Under the pieces are notes generated by a model that saw only the letters and a list, made by a program, of their open reading frames with translations, did no database searches and was not told the DNA's origin. Source: an uncultured Porticoccus sp. (GTDB lineage Bacteria; Pseudomonadota; Gammaproteobacteria; Pseudomonadales; Porticoccaceae). Taken from it: a stretch of DNA of 64,000 nucleotides. The translations under genes and the position numbers were made by a program. Shown here piece by piece: positions 19,792 through 28,634 of this stretch (position 1 is the first letter of the stretch; each line of letters begins with the position of its first letter). Location of the stretch: contig CAMYLT010000002.1 in the NCBI GenBank assembly GCA_947259505.1, positions 328,598 through 392,597 on the forward strand. The letters run 5' to 3'.

Positions 19792-20931
19792 ATGGGACCT
19801 GATACCGATATCATCGTCACCCCCGTACAGGGCCGGAGCGGCAGACGCGACTTTCTCCGCCTGCCAGGGAGAATCTATCGCAACGATCCCCACTGGATCG
19901 CCCCGCTGGAGCTGGAACAACGCATTCGCGTGTTCGGCAAAAACCCTTTCTTTGAACACGCCCAATGCCAGGCTTGGACCGCAACCAGGCAGGGCAAAAT
20001 CGTGGGCCGCATCACCGCACAAATCGATGAGCACTACCCGCAACACCACGATGGCCACAAACTCGGTTATTTCGGGCTGCTGGAAGCTGAGGACGATGGT
20101 GATGTATTTGCCGCATTGCTCACCACGGCCGAGGACTGGTTACGGCAACGGGGCATGACCGAGGTCCAAGGGCCGTTTAATCTGTCCATCAATGAGGAAG
20201 TCGGTCTGTTGGTGGAGGGTTTTGAGGCCCCACCCTTCGTCATGATGGGCCACGCCCCGCCCCACTATGCCCAACGTGTTGAAGAACAGGGTTACCAAAA
20301 AACGAAAGACCTGCTGACCTACACCATCCATCCGGACTTTGTGACCCCCAGGGTGATGCAAAAACTGGTGGACACCACGGGCAGTGTTGTCACCGTGCGC
20401 TGTTTGCGCCGCAAACAGCTGGTCGAAGAATTCGAGATCATGCGCGACATCTTTAACGACGCCTGGTCCAACAACTGGGGATTTGTCCCTTTTACCGAGG
20501 CGGAGTTCTCGGATATAGCCAAGACCCTGACCTTCCTGCTGGATGATGATTATGTCCAGATCGCGGAAATTGATGGTCGCCCGGTCGCCTTTATTGTTGC
20601 CCTGCCCAATATCAACGAAGCGGCAAAAGATCTGCAAGGTAGACTTTTACCCTTTGGCTGGCTGAAACTCCTGTGGCGCCTCAAGGTACGCTATCCCCTC
20701 TCAGCTCGTGTCCCGTTGATGGGCGTGCGCAAGGAATATCAGCACGCTCGACTAGGTCCCACTTTGGCCTTTATGGTGATTGATGCCGTAAGAACAGCGT
20801 TGGTAAAACGGGGTATTGAAAATGTTGAACTGGGATGGATTCTGGAAAACAACGATGGCATGCGCAATATCATTGAATCGATAGGCGGCAAGCAGTACAA
20901 AAAGTACCGCGTCTATCAAAAGCCGTTATAA
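19792..20931 (+). CDS. GNAT-fold N-acyltransferase, about 380 aa; candidate bacterial ceramide synthase (bCerS-like)
   Basis: The C-terminal half has GNAT features (MGVRKEYQHARLGPTLAF, ELGWILENNDGMRN). The role is inferred from clustering with spt, ACP, the acyl-AMP ligase and the SDR. Confidence 0.55.
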   Translation: MGPDTDIIVTPVQGRSGRRDFLRLPGRIYRNDPHWIAPLELEQRIRVFGKNPFFEHAQCQAWTATRQGKIVGRITAQIDEHYPQHHDGHKLGYFGLLEAEDDGDVFAALLTTAEDWLRQRGMTEVQGPFNLSINEEVGLLVEGFEAPPFVMMGHAPPHYAQRVEEQGYQKTKDLLTYTIHPDFVTPRVMQKLVDTTGSVVTVRCLRRKQLVEEFEIMRDIFNDAWSNNWGFVPFTEAEFSDIAKTLTFLLDDDYVQIAEIDGRPVAFIVALPNINEAAKDLQGRLLPFGWLKLLWRLKVRYPLSARVPLMGVRKEYQHARLGPTLAFMVIDAVRTALVKRGIENVELGWILENNDGMRNIIESIGGKQYKKYRVYQKPL

Positions 20932-20944
20932 CCTGAAGTACGCC

Positions 20945-21760
20945 ATGATCGATTCCCAAAACAACAACACCCTCACCGCAATTGTGCTGGCCGGCGAACG
21001 CTGCAGTACAGACCCCCTGCGCGAATTTCACGGCGCAGCCTGCAAGGCGTTAATCAAAATTGACGGCCAGCCAATGATCCATCGGGTGCTGGACGCATTG
21101 ACCTCCTCCAGTCAGATAGCTGACATCTGGTTATCCGGCCCGCAGCAGACATCGGTGGATGCCGATGATCGACTCAGCCGGGGCCTGGCCAACGGTGAGA
21201 TAACCTGGCGGAGCCCCGAGGCGACGCCCAGCACCAGCGCCTTCCGGGTCATGAGCGAAATACCTGTCGACCGGAAATGTCTGCTGACCACGGCGGATCA
21301 CCCGCTGCTGGACGCCGAAATCATTGACACATTTTGCCGGGAGAGCCTGGCCACGGGCGCCGATGTGGTGGTGGGAATGGCTCCCTATCCGCTAGTTCAC
21401 GCCAGTTTCCCGATGATGAAGAAGACGGTGCTGCGCTTTCAGGACGGCGAATTCTGCAACTGCAACCTGTTTGCTTTCCTGACCCCCGAGGGACGAAAAA
21501 TTGCTGACTTTTGGCGCAAGATCGAAAATCAGCGCAAAAAACCCATCATTTTGATTGGCCTGCTGGGATGGTGGTCGGTACTTCGCTATCGGTTTGGAAT
21601 GTTGTCGCGGGACGAGGCATTAGCTCGCCTGTCGAAGAAACTGGGTTTAAAACTCAAGGCGGTCACCCTGCCCTACGGCCATGCCGCCGTCGATGTGGAT
21701 TCCATTTCAGATTTCACCCTGGTGGAACAAAAACTAGCCGCCGCCCCCGCCAATTCCTAA
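20945..21760 (+). CDS. MobA-like NTP-transferase domain protein
   Basis: N-terminal AIVLAGERCSTDPL...KALIKIDGQPMI matches the LAGG-type nucleotidyltransferase signature. It starts 13 nt after the preceding gene. Confidence 0.6.
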   Translation: MIDSQNNNTLTAIVLAGERCSTDPLREFHGAACKALIKIDGQPMIHRVLDALTSSSQIADIWLSGPQQTSVDADDRLSRGLANGEITWRSPEATPSTSAFRVMSEIPVDRKCLLTTADHPLLDAEIIDTFCRESLATGADVVVGMAPYPLVHASFPMMKKTVLRFQDGEFCNCNLFAFLTPEGRKIADFWRKIENQRKKPIILIGLLGWWSVLRYRFGMLSRDEALARLSKKLGLKLKAVTLPYGHAAVDVDSISDFTLVEQKLAAAPANS

Positions 21761-21808
21761 GACACAAGCCCCAAGACACTTCCCCTAAGATACTTGGCTA
21801 CCTCGCTG

Positions 21809-22732
21809 CTAGCGGGGTATGGCAAATGATTCGGTGCCTACACTCACGAAACATGCCCCATCGTGCTGGTAGCGGCGACTGTCCAGCTGCAATATCCAGC
21901 CAGTTCCCGCGCTCTCCAGACTGTAGCGATTATATAGTGCCGTCTCTCCATGCTGCCCCAGCGCTGAAGAAGAGGGAACGCCGATCACCGGTGCCGTTTT
22001 TCCACCCGGCAGTTCAAGCATTTTATGTTGCCACTTGTGGCTGTGCCCGTGCAGCAACAATTCGACGCCGTGGCGACGGATGACATCGAGCAGTGCCTCC
22101 GCATCGCACAAGCGCTTTCGCCATTTTTCCTGCCCGGGGATCGGCGGATGGTGCAGATAAACCACCCTGAACAGTCCCTGTGAAGCTGTCTCTGCAAGCA
22201 GTGCGGACAGTTTCTTCAGCTGGGCACTGCCCAGTTTTCCTGTGGCGAAAAAAGGCGGTGTCGGCAGCGCACTGTTCAGGCCAATATATGCAATGCCATT
22301 CCGCACCTTCAGGGACGGGAAAGCCTGTGCCAGTGATGTCGGCTCTGCAGCGCCATCGGAGCGCAGATAGGGGAGCCACTGGAAGTAGGTATTCTGCCAG
22401 GACTCAACCACATAGCTGTCGTGATTTCCCGGCGCCACACTGATATCGCCAGCCACCGCCAACTGATCGAGCCAACCGCGAACCTGGGAGAACTCGTCCG
22501 GCAGTCCCAAGTGCGTCAGATCCCCGCTAACCAGCAGGTGGTTTACAGGCAAACTCAGATCGGCACGTAAGGCAGTCAGCACCGCAGTGCTGTGCTCACG
22601 ACGGCGCTTGCGACGCCAGGAAAGATAGCCCAACAATCTCTTGCTGAGCAGCTGTGAAAAAACCACGCCACTGAGATCCGACAGATGGAGATCGGAAAGG
22701 TGGACAAATACCTGTTTTGCTTCAGCACTCAT
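21809..22732 (-). CDS. Calcineurin-like metallophosphoesterase
   Basis: Motifs HLSDLH, SGDLTH, GNHD, LHHPP and GHSH occur in canonical order. Alternative GTG start at 22741. Confidence 0.8.
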   Translation of the reverse strand: MSAEAKQVFVHLSDLHLSDLSGVVFSQLLSKRLLGYLSWRRKRRREHSTAVLTALRADLSLPVNHLLVSGDLTHLGLPDEFSQVRGWLDQLAVAGDISVAPGNHDSYVVESWQNTYFQWLPYLRSDGAAEPTSLAQAFPSLKVRNGIAYIGLNSALPTPPFFATGKLGSAQLKKLSALLAETASQGLFRVVYLHHPPIPGQEKWRKRLCDAEALLDVIRRHGVELLLHGHSHKWQHKMLELPGGKTAPVIGVPSSSALGQHGETALYNRYSLESAGTGWILQLDSRRYQHDGACFVSVGTESFAIPR

Positions 22733-22787
22733 CGCTTGCACTGCCCGTTATCCGCCGATTAGGAAAGAGCCGATGACACCACCACCG

Positions 22788-23987
22788 CTAGGCAACAGGA
22801 ATGCCGACAGGGCGCGCCGCATTAACGGCAGCGAATGCGGCAATGATATGGTCAATCTGCTCGGGACTGTGGGCCGCGCTAACACTGCAACGCAGCATAC
22901 TTTTCTCGGAGGGAGACGCCGGTGGCACCACTAGGTTGACATACACTCCTGCCTCCAAAAGCTTCTGCCAGCTTTGCAGAGCCTCGACCCGATCCTCAAT
23001 GGTGACGGCCACCACCGGGCTGACACTGGGGCCCACAGCCAGCCCCAACTGCTTCAGCCCCGTATAGAGAAGCTGGGCGTTTTCCCACAAACGCTCTCTG
23101 CGCTGCGGCTCGGCAGTGATAATTTTCAGTGCGGTACGCACTGAAGCAATCACACCGGGCGTCGCCGAGGCGGTGAAGATATAAGAACGCACACTGAACC
23201 GGATGGCCTCCAGCAGGGCATGTCGGCTGACACAAAAACCGCCCGTAGCACCAAGACTTTTACTAAACGTGCCCGCAATAAAATCGACGTCATCCTCCAC
23301 GCCCGCCGCTTCGGCAGCACCGCGCCCATGCTCACCCAGAACGCCCATGGAGTGCGCCTCATCTACCAACAAATAACCACCATAGCGTCGCTTCAGTTCG
23401 GCAATTTCTTTCAGTGGGGCAACGTCGCCAAGCATGCTGTAGATGCCTTCTACCACGATCAGAGTGTTACCGGTCCGGTCGCCCAATCGTCTCAGACGTT
23501 TTTCCAGGTCATTGGTATCACTGTGCTTAAAGCGGATAATTTCCGCACCGCTCAGCTGGGCACCCGCGTAGATGCTGGCGTGACTGTCCGCATCCAGCAG
23601 AATGACATCACCGGGTCCCGCCAGAGTTGCGCACATTCCCTGAGTGGCCGCATAGCCGGTGGTAAACACAATGGCCTGGTCCACACCATAAAACTGCGCC
23701 AGTTCCTGCTCCAGGGCGATGTGTTCGGCAAAGGTGCCGTTAGCCATGCGGGAACCCGTCGTTCCCGTGCCCCAGGTTTCTGCCGCAGCCTGCGCGCTGG
23801 CAATGCAGCGGGTATCAAAAGACATACCGAGATAATTATTGGTGCCGGCGAGGATAACCTGATGGCCGTTAACCACCCCCTCAGTTGCCGACGTAATTTT
23901 TTCTGTTACAGCTCCGAATGGAACGATACCAATGGCTTCGAGTTCTGCGCGAACCCCAGCCATAGACTGAAATTTATCGAGAAGCAT
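22788..23987 (-). CDS. spt: Alpha-oxoamine synthase, serine palmitoyltransferase type
   Basis: 399-aa PLP enzyme (AGTNNYLG, DEAHSMG, GTFSKSLG Lys motif) directly downstream of a dedicated ACP. ATG at 23987 is preceded by GGAGG. Confidence 0.8.
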   Translation of the reverse strand: MLLDKFQSMAGVRAELEAIGIVPFGAVTEKITSATEGVVNGHQVILAGTNNYLGMSFDTRCIASAQAAAETWGTGTTGSRMANGTFAEHIALEQELAQFYGVDQAIVFTTGYAATQGMCATLAGPGDVILLDADSHASIYAGAQLSGAEIIRFKHSDTNDLEKRLRRLGDRTGNTLIVVEGIYSMLGDVAPLKEIAELKRRYGGYLLVDEAHSMGVLGEHGRGAAEAAGVEDDVDFIAGTFSKSLGATGGFCVSRHALLEAIRFSVRSYIFTASATPGVIASVRTALKIITAEPQRRERLWENAQLLYTGLKQLGLAVGPSVSPVVAVTIEDRVEALQSWQKLLEAGVYVNLVVPPASPSEKSMLRCSVSAAHSPEQIDHIIAAFAAVNAARPVGIPVA

Positions 23988-24036
23988 GGAAAAGGTATTA
24001 CCTCCTGATGAGGGAACAGGAGCCGGAATGCCCCGG

Positions 24037-24276
24037 CTAGCCGTTGAGTTCTTGCAGCTTGCGAGCCAGATCACCAACGGTATTGATATCAGGCAGAATA
24101 TTCAGGGAGATAGAAATATCAAAATGGTCTTCAATGTGCTCTATCAACTCCATCACTTGCAGTGAGCTCAGTCCCAACTCCGTTACCAAGTCTGTATTCT
24201 CAGTAAACTCAACATCTTGTTTGATCGTACGCAGCACTGTGTAGATGTAATCAACGTAGATATTATAATTTGGCAT
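24037..24276 (-). CDS. Acyl carrier protein (dedicated)
   Basis: 79-aa acidic four-helix pattern with attachment motif LGLSSLQVMEL. Confidence 0.75.
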   Translation of the reverse strand: MPNYNIYVDYIYTVLRTIKQDVEFTENTDLVTELGLSSLQVMELIEHIEDHFDISISLNILPDINTVGDLARKLQELNG

Positions 24277-24449
24277 TGTTTAGAACCTGGCTCGGTTTTC
24301 TGTCGGGCAACGATATCACACCATTCGCCTTGCACCGCAAGCGTCAGTTGGATAGATTGCAGCAACCGGGACTATACCCTAGGGCCATTATTCATTGCCA
24401 TACCAATGCCTCCCCCTTGCGTCCAAACAATTTCTTTCGAGACAAGCTG

Positions 24450-25559
24450 TTGAGTTCATTTCAAAGCACTCCAATCAGCCCCGCCACTAATACTCCCAGG
24501 GTATGGCTGATCAATGCCTATCGTGCCGGTGAACTGAGCCAGATGAGAGCCTTGGCCGATGCCTTAGGTTGGCCTTGGGAAGAAAAGGCGCTGACATACC
24601 GGAAATGGCGTTTCCGTACCAATCTGTTTCGCGGCAGCGACCTCAGTGGAATAGATCTGCCTCAGTCAGCACAGCTGGAAGCGCCCTGGCCTGACTTGAT
24701 TATTTCTGCGGGCATGCGCAATGAGCCCGTGTGCCGCTGGATCAGAAATCAATCTGGCGGAAAAACCCGTATCGTTCACCTCGGCCGACCTTGGGCCGAT
24801 CCGGAACAATTCGACCTGGTCATTACCACCCCCCAATACCGGCTGCCCCTGCGGCCCAATGTGTTGCAGAACACACTCCCTTTGCACAGCATCAACGGCC
24901 AGCTACTCCGCGACGCCAGAGAACAGTGGACCGAGCAGCTGAAAGACCTGCCAAAGCCCTTGATCGCCGTCATTGTTGGCGGCAACAGTGGACCATACAC
25001 CCTGGGGTTAAACGCGGCGCGACGGCTAGCTCGGCAGGCATGTGAACTGGCAAAAGCAAAGGGCGGTTCCCTACTGATCACCACCAGCGCCCGCACACAC
25101 CCCTCTGTAAGCCGCTACCTGAAATCCATTAGCGGTACACCAATGGCCTTTTACCAATGGAAGGCCAACGATAGCAACAACCCCTACCTCGGTTATCTGG
25201 CCATGGCGGATGAACTCATCGTCACAGCAGACAGCGTCTCCATGCTGTCTGAAGCCTGTGCCACAGGAAAACCTGTACACATGTTCGACTTGGGTATCGG
25301 CAAGTACAGCATGCGGGGCGATAGCGATAATTTTGAGGGGGACAATGACTTCTGTCTCCCAACACTGGCTTATCGAGCACTGATGCGCTGGGGATGGCAG
25401 CGGCTGAGCAGGGATATCACCCTGATACACCGACAGCTGGAGCAATCCGGGCGTGCCTGCTGGCTCGGGACGCCAACCCCGGAAACACCCAATAGAGATG
25501 ATAGTGACATGCAACAAGCTGTGAAATGGGTTCGGAAACTAATGGGCCTGGCTGGCTAG
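24450..25559 (+). CDS. ELM1-family protein (mitochondrial-fission-ELM1 / DUF1022 type, putative transferase), paralog 1
   Basis: RVWLINAYRAGELSQ, APWPDLIISAGMRNEPVCRWIRNQSGGKTRIVHLGRPW, FDLVITTPQY, VIVGGNSG. The start is uncertain: the ORF opens at a TTG at 24270 but would overlap the divergent ACP start, and TTG at 24450 gives a length like paralogs 2 and 3. Confidence 0.65.
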   Translation: MSSFQSTPISPATNTPRVWLINAYRAGELSQMRALADALGWPWEEKALTYRKWRFRTNLFRGSDLSGIDLPQSAQLEAPWPDLIISAGMRNEPVCRWIRNQSGGKTRIVHLGRPWADPEQFDLVITTPQYRLPLRPNVLQNTLPLHSINGQLLRDAREQWTEQLKDLPKPLIAVIVGGNSGPYTLGLNAARRLARQACELAKAKGGSLLITTSARTHPSVSRYLKSISGTPMAFYQWKANDSNNPYLGYLAMADELIVTADSVSMLSEACATGKPVHMFDLGIGKYSMRGDSDNFEGDNDFCLPTLAYRALMRWGWQRLSRDITLIHRQLEQSGRACWLGTPTPETPNRDDSDMQQAVKWVRKLMGLAG

Positions 25560-27266
25560 CTCTTCACGACTCACCAACGTAGCTCCCTCTCTGCCCAGCT
25601 CATAAATTCGATCTGCCGCATCCACGATCGCCGTGTCGTGTGAGACGGCCAGGATGGTCAGCTCCGATTTCAACTGCGCCATGGTTTCACAAACCTCTCG
25701 CTCACTGACCGGGTCCAAGGCACTGGTTGCCTCATCCAGGATCAACAGTTGAGGACGTTTTATCAACGCGCGGGCAATAGCAATACGCTGCCTCTGCCCT
25801 CCAGATAGCTTGCCGCCGCGCTCACCAACGACAGTGTGAATGCCGTTAGGAAAAGATGACACGAATCCCCAGGCACCTGCCTGTCGCAAAGCCCTTTCCG
25901 CATCTCCTTCGGTGAGTCCACTCTCCCCAAGGGTGACATTGTGGAGAACGGTATCATGTAGCAATACCGTTTCCTGTGGGACATAGCCAATGGACTGACG
26001 CCAGGCACGAATATCAAGCTTTCCAAGCGGCGTACCCGCCACCAGAATTTCACCGGACGTAGGTTTGAGCAGTGCAATGGTGAGGTCAATAATGGTGGTC
26101 TTGCCCACACCGGAGGGACCAATCAGTGCCGTTATACCGCCCACGGGTATTTCCAGAGATACATCACTGAAGACCTTATTGCCATCGTAGGCGAAACCCA
26201 CACTTCGAAATTCAATTGCATCGGTCAAGCAAGGCGCAACTCCTGCATCCAAGTGCTCTCTGGAGGCAGTCGCTTCATCAATCGATTTCTGGATAGACCA
26301 ATAGGCGCTCTCGCTCTGCACCATACTCTGGTACTGTTTCTGCACCTTCCCCACAAAGGAAAAAGACCGTCCCAACGTCACCACCAACACCATTACCGTA
26401 GCGAACTCCATGGCGTAGGTAACTAACGCCACATACATGCCCAACGCGATGAATACGGTGAACATCACTTCCTGCACAGAATTCAGCAAGGCCTTGCTGA
26501 AAACCTGTCGCCTGAGAGATTTATTGAGGCGCGAGGTCTCCATCGCCAAAACGGAATCGGCGAGGTGCTCACGCGCCATGGCCTTAAGGGGTTTCACCGA
26601 TTGCAAGGTATCAGTCAAACGTGACATCAGGGAACTCATCAGATGAGTCTGCTTTTTTCCGGCTTTTCGAGTAATCATTACCAAAAAGTGAGAAACCCCA
26701 ATAACCAGCAATCCTGCTCCAAGGCTGAGGAGCGCCGCCCGCCAGGAAACGGCAACGGCAACACAGCCGTAGATCAGCGCCTGGATTAAGAACGTAATGG
26801 CGGTAGCGCCACAGACAAATGAATCAGAAGATCGCTGTGCCTCGGTAGCCATGGCATTCGTTAATTGACCGATGGGTTTGTGCAGAAAGTATTCCCACTT
26901 ACTGCGCAGCATGGCGCGCAGCATTTCCAGTCGCAGATCAGTGCCAATCTGGGCCGCGGTGTACCCGACTTGGCGCTGAGCAACAAGCAGCAACAAACTC
27001 TTTAATGCCACCCCGATAACAACTATGACCAACAGAGGTCCGATAGTTGGCTCTATGCCGACATTGGCCAGAAATTCGACAACATACTGCTCGAAAGGGT
27101 TTTGCGACCCTAGATCATTTCCCGATCCGGATTTAATCGCTACGTTCAGCAACGGCAGCAACGCGGATAACCCCACCCCCTCAGCCAGGGCGGATAGAAA
27201 CAATGCCAGCAACATCAATAGCGTTTGCCATCGGTATTTTCTGAAGAAATTGAGCATTAAATGCAT
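25539..27266 (-). CDS. ABC exporter, fused TMD-NBD (MsbA-like lipid flippase type)
   Basis: Six-helix TM domain then NBD with GPSGVGKTT, LSGGQRQRIAIARA and LILDEATSALD. The start is ambiguous (27302 GTG, 27266 or 27257 ATG). Confidence 0.85.
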   Translation of the reverse strand: MHLMLNFFRKYRWQTLLMLLALFLSALAEGVGLSALLPLLNVAIKSGSGNDLGSQNPFEQYVVEFLANVGIEPTIGPLLVIVVIGVALKSLLLLVAQRQVGYTAAQIGTDLRLEMLRAMLRSKWEYFLHKPIGQLTNAMATEAQRSSDSFVCGATAITFLIQALIYGCVAVAVSWRAALLSLGAGLLVIGVSHFLVMITRKAGKKQTHLMSSLMSRLTDTLQSVKPLKAMAREHLADSVLAMETSRLNKSLRRQVFSKALLNSVQEVMFTVFIALGMYVALVTYAMEFATVMVLVVTLGRSFSFVGKVQKQYQSMVQSESAYWSIQKSIDEATASREHLDAGVAPCLTDAIEFRSVGFAYDGNKVFSDVSLEIPVGGITALIGPSGVGKTTIIDLTIALLKPTSGEILVAGTPLGKLDIRAWRQSIGYVPQETVLLHDTVLHNVTLGESGLTEGDAERALRQAGAWGFVSSFPNGIHTVVGERGGKLSGGQRQRIAIARALIKRPQLLILDEATSALDPVSEREVCETMAQLKSELTILAVSHDTAIVDAADRIYELGREGATLVSREELASQAH

Positions 27267-27681
27267 GTGTGGGTAATCTCTGGCCTTAAATCCTGACAGC
27301 ACATTCTAGGCTGACCGACGTTGCAAAATGATAACTTCCTAGACAACGAATGACGTCATCACCAACGCAGCGAGACTCTGCTGTTTCAGCAAAACGATCC
27401 CCCAACAGGGAGTAAAGCGGCCGTCATTTTAGCCCGAATGGATCACTGATGTTGATTCCAGGCAGAAAAAAGGCCGAACAACTTGTCATCTGCCTTTTAA
27501 CCTGCACCGCAAAGCAGGAAAACAACCCTATCTCCCAGTGTAAGGTTCATCACCCAATTCCCGATAGCCCGTGTCAAGGAGGGCCGTCAGCCACTCGCAA
27601 CCCTATCCCCCTCACTGGCCATTTTTGGGGCCTTACTGCATACTTCCGAGCCTTATTTATTAAACAGCGTAATGGTCAAAA

Positions 27682-28608
27682 ATGTTGCAATTGAGTGATG
27701 GGATAAAAAAAGCACTGGTAATTGCCCCCACGGAAATATTACCCAGCAAGTTGAGAGTATCCCTGCGCAAAAAACATCTCGGCCAGCTGGAACTCGCTCG
27801 TGCCCAGCGAGCCAATTTGCTCATTATCGGCCATCCAAAAAGCGGCAACACCTGGCTGAAAGTCATGATGTCCCGCCTCTATCAGGTTCGCTACGGCCTG
27901 CCCAGCTCCAAATTGATCAATACTGACGAGTTAGCCCGGAAACACCCCGGCATTCCTCGCCTGGCCGCCACCAACGGCTGCTACAGCTATGAACAGGTGG
28001 TCGGCAATCTGCTCACGCCCCAGGCCCATGACAACATCCTGAAGCGCAAGCCGGTGCTGTTCCTGGCGCGCCAGCCGATCGATATTGCCGTTTCCTGGTA
28101 CCACCAGTTCACCAAGCGCCAGTCCCGCGCCAAACAGGAGTTGATCAATCACTCTATTGATCATCCGATTGACCGCCACAGCATTGGCCTGTGGGATTTT
28201 GTGCGCCACAGTGATATCGGTTTACCGTTCCTGATCAACTACCTGAATACCTGGTATGACAATGTCCAGGCCCTCGACAGTGCCGCTATCATCCGCTACG
28301 AGGATCTCCGGGCTGAACCGGCAGAAACCCTGGCCAAGGTCTTCCAGCTAATGGGTGAAACCTTTACCGAACAAGAAATCGATGAAGCCGTAGCCTTCGG
28401 CTCGTTTGATAACCTACGTAAACTGGAAACAAGCGGCCACTTCCGGCAGGGCGGCATGCGCTTGCAAAACGCCAACGATCCCACCACCTTTAAAACGCGC
28501 AGAGGCAAGGTCGGCGGCTACAAGGACGACTTCAGCGAGGCACAGGTGGCCGAACTCGAACAGCTGGTACGCGACCACCTCAATCCGGCACTGGGCTATC
28601 GCCTGTAA
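27682..28608 (+). CDS. PAPS-dependent sulfotransferase 1
   Basis: 5'-PSB GHPKSGNTWLKVM, 3'-PB ARQPIDIAVSWY, C-terminal RRGKVGGYKDDF. Confidence 0.85.
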   Translation: MLQLSDGIKKALVIAPTEILPSKLRVSLRKKHLGQLELARAQRANLLIIGHPKSGNTWLKVMMSRLYQVRYGLPSSKLINTDELARKHPGIPRLAATNGCYSYEQVVGNLLTPQAHDNILKRKPVLFLARQPIDIAVSWYHQFTKRQSRAKQELINHSIDHPIDRHSIGLWDFVRHSDIGLPFLINYLNTWYDNVQALDSAAIIRYEDLRAEPAETLAKVFQLMGETFTEQEIDEAVAFGSFDNLRKLETSGHFRQGGMRLQNANDPTTFKTRRGKVGGYKDDFSEAQVAELEQLVRDHLNPALGYRL

Positions 28609-28634
28609 CAACACTTCACTCGAGCCAGACCACC

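Noticed and set aside
24270-24449. TTG at 24270 as the start of ELM1 paralog 1
   Set aside because: It would overlap the start codon of the divergent ACP gene and add 60 residues with no counterpart in paralogs 2 and 3. A downstream TTG (24450) is more likely but remains unproven.
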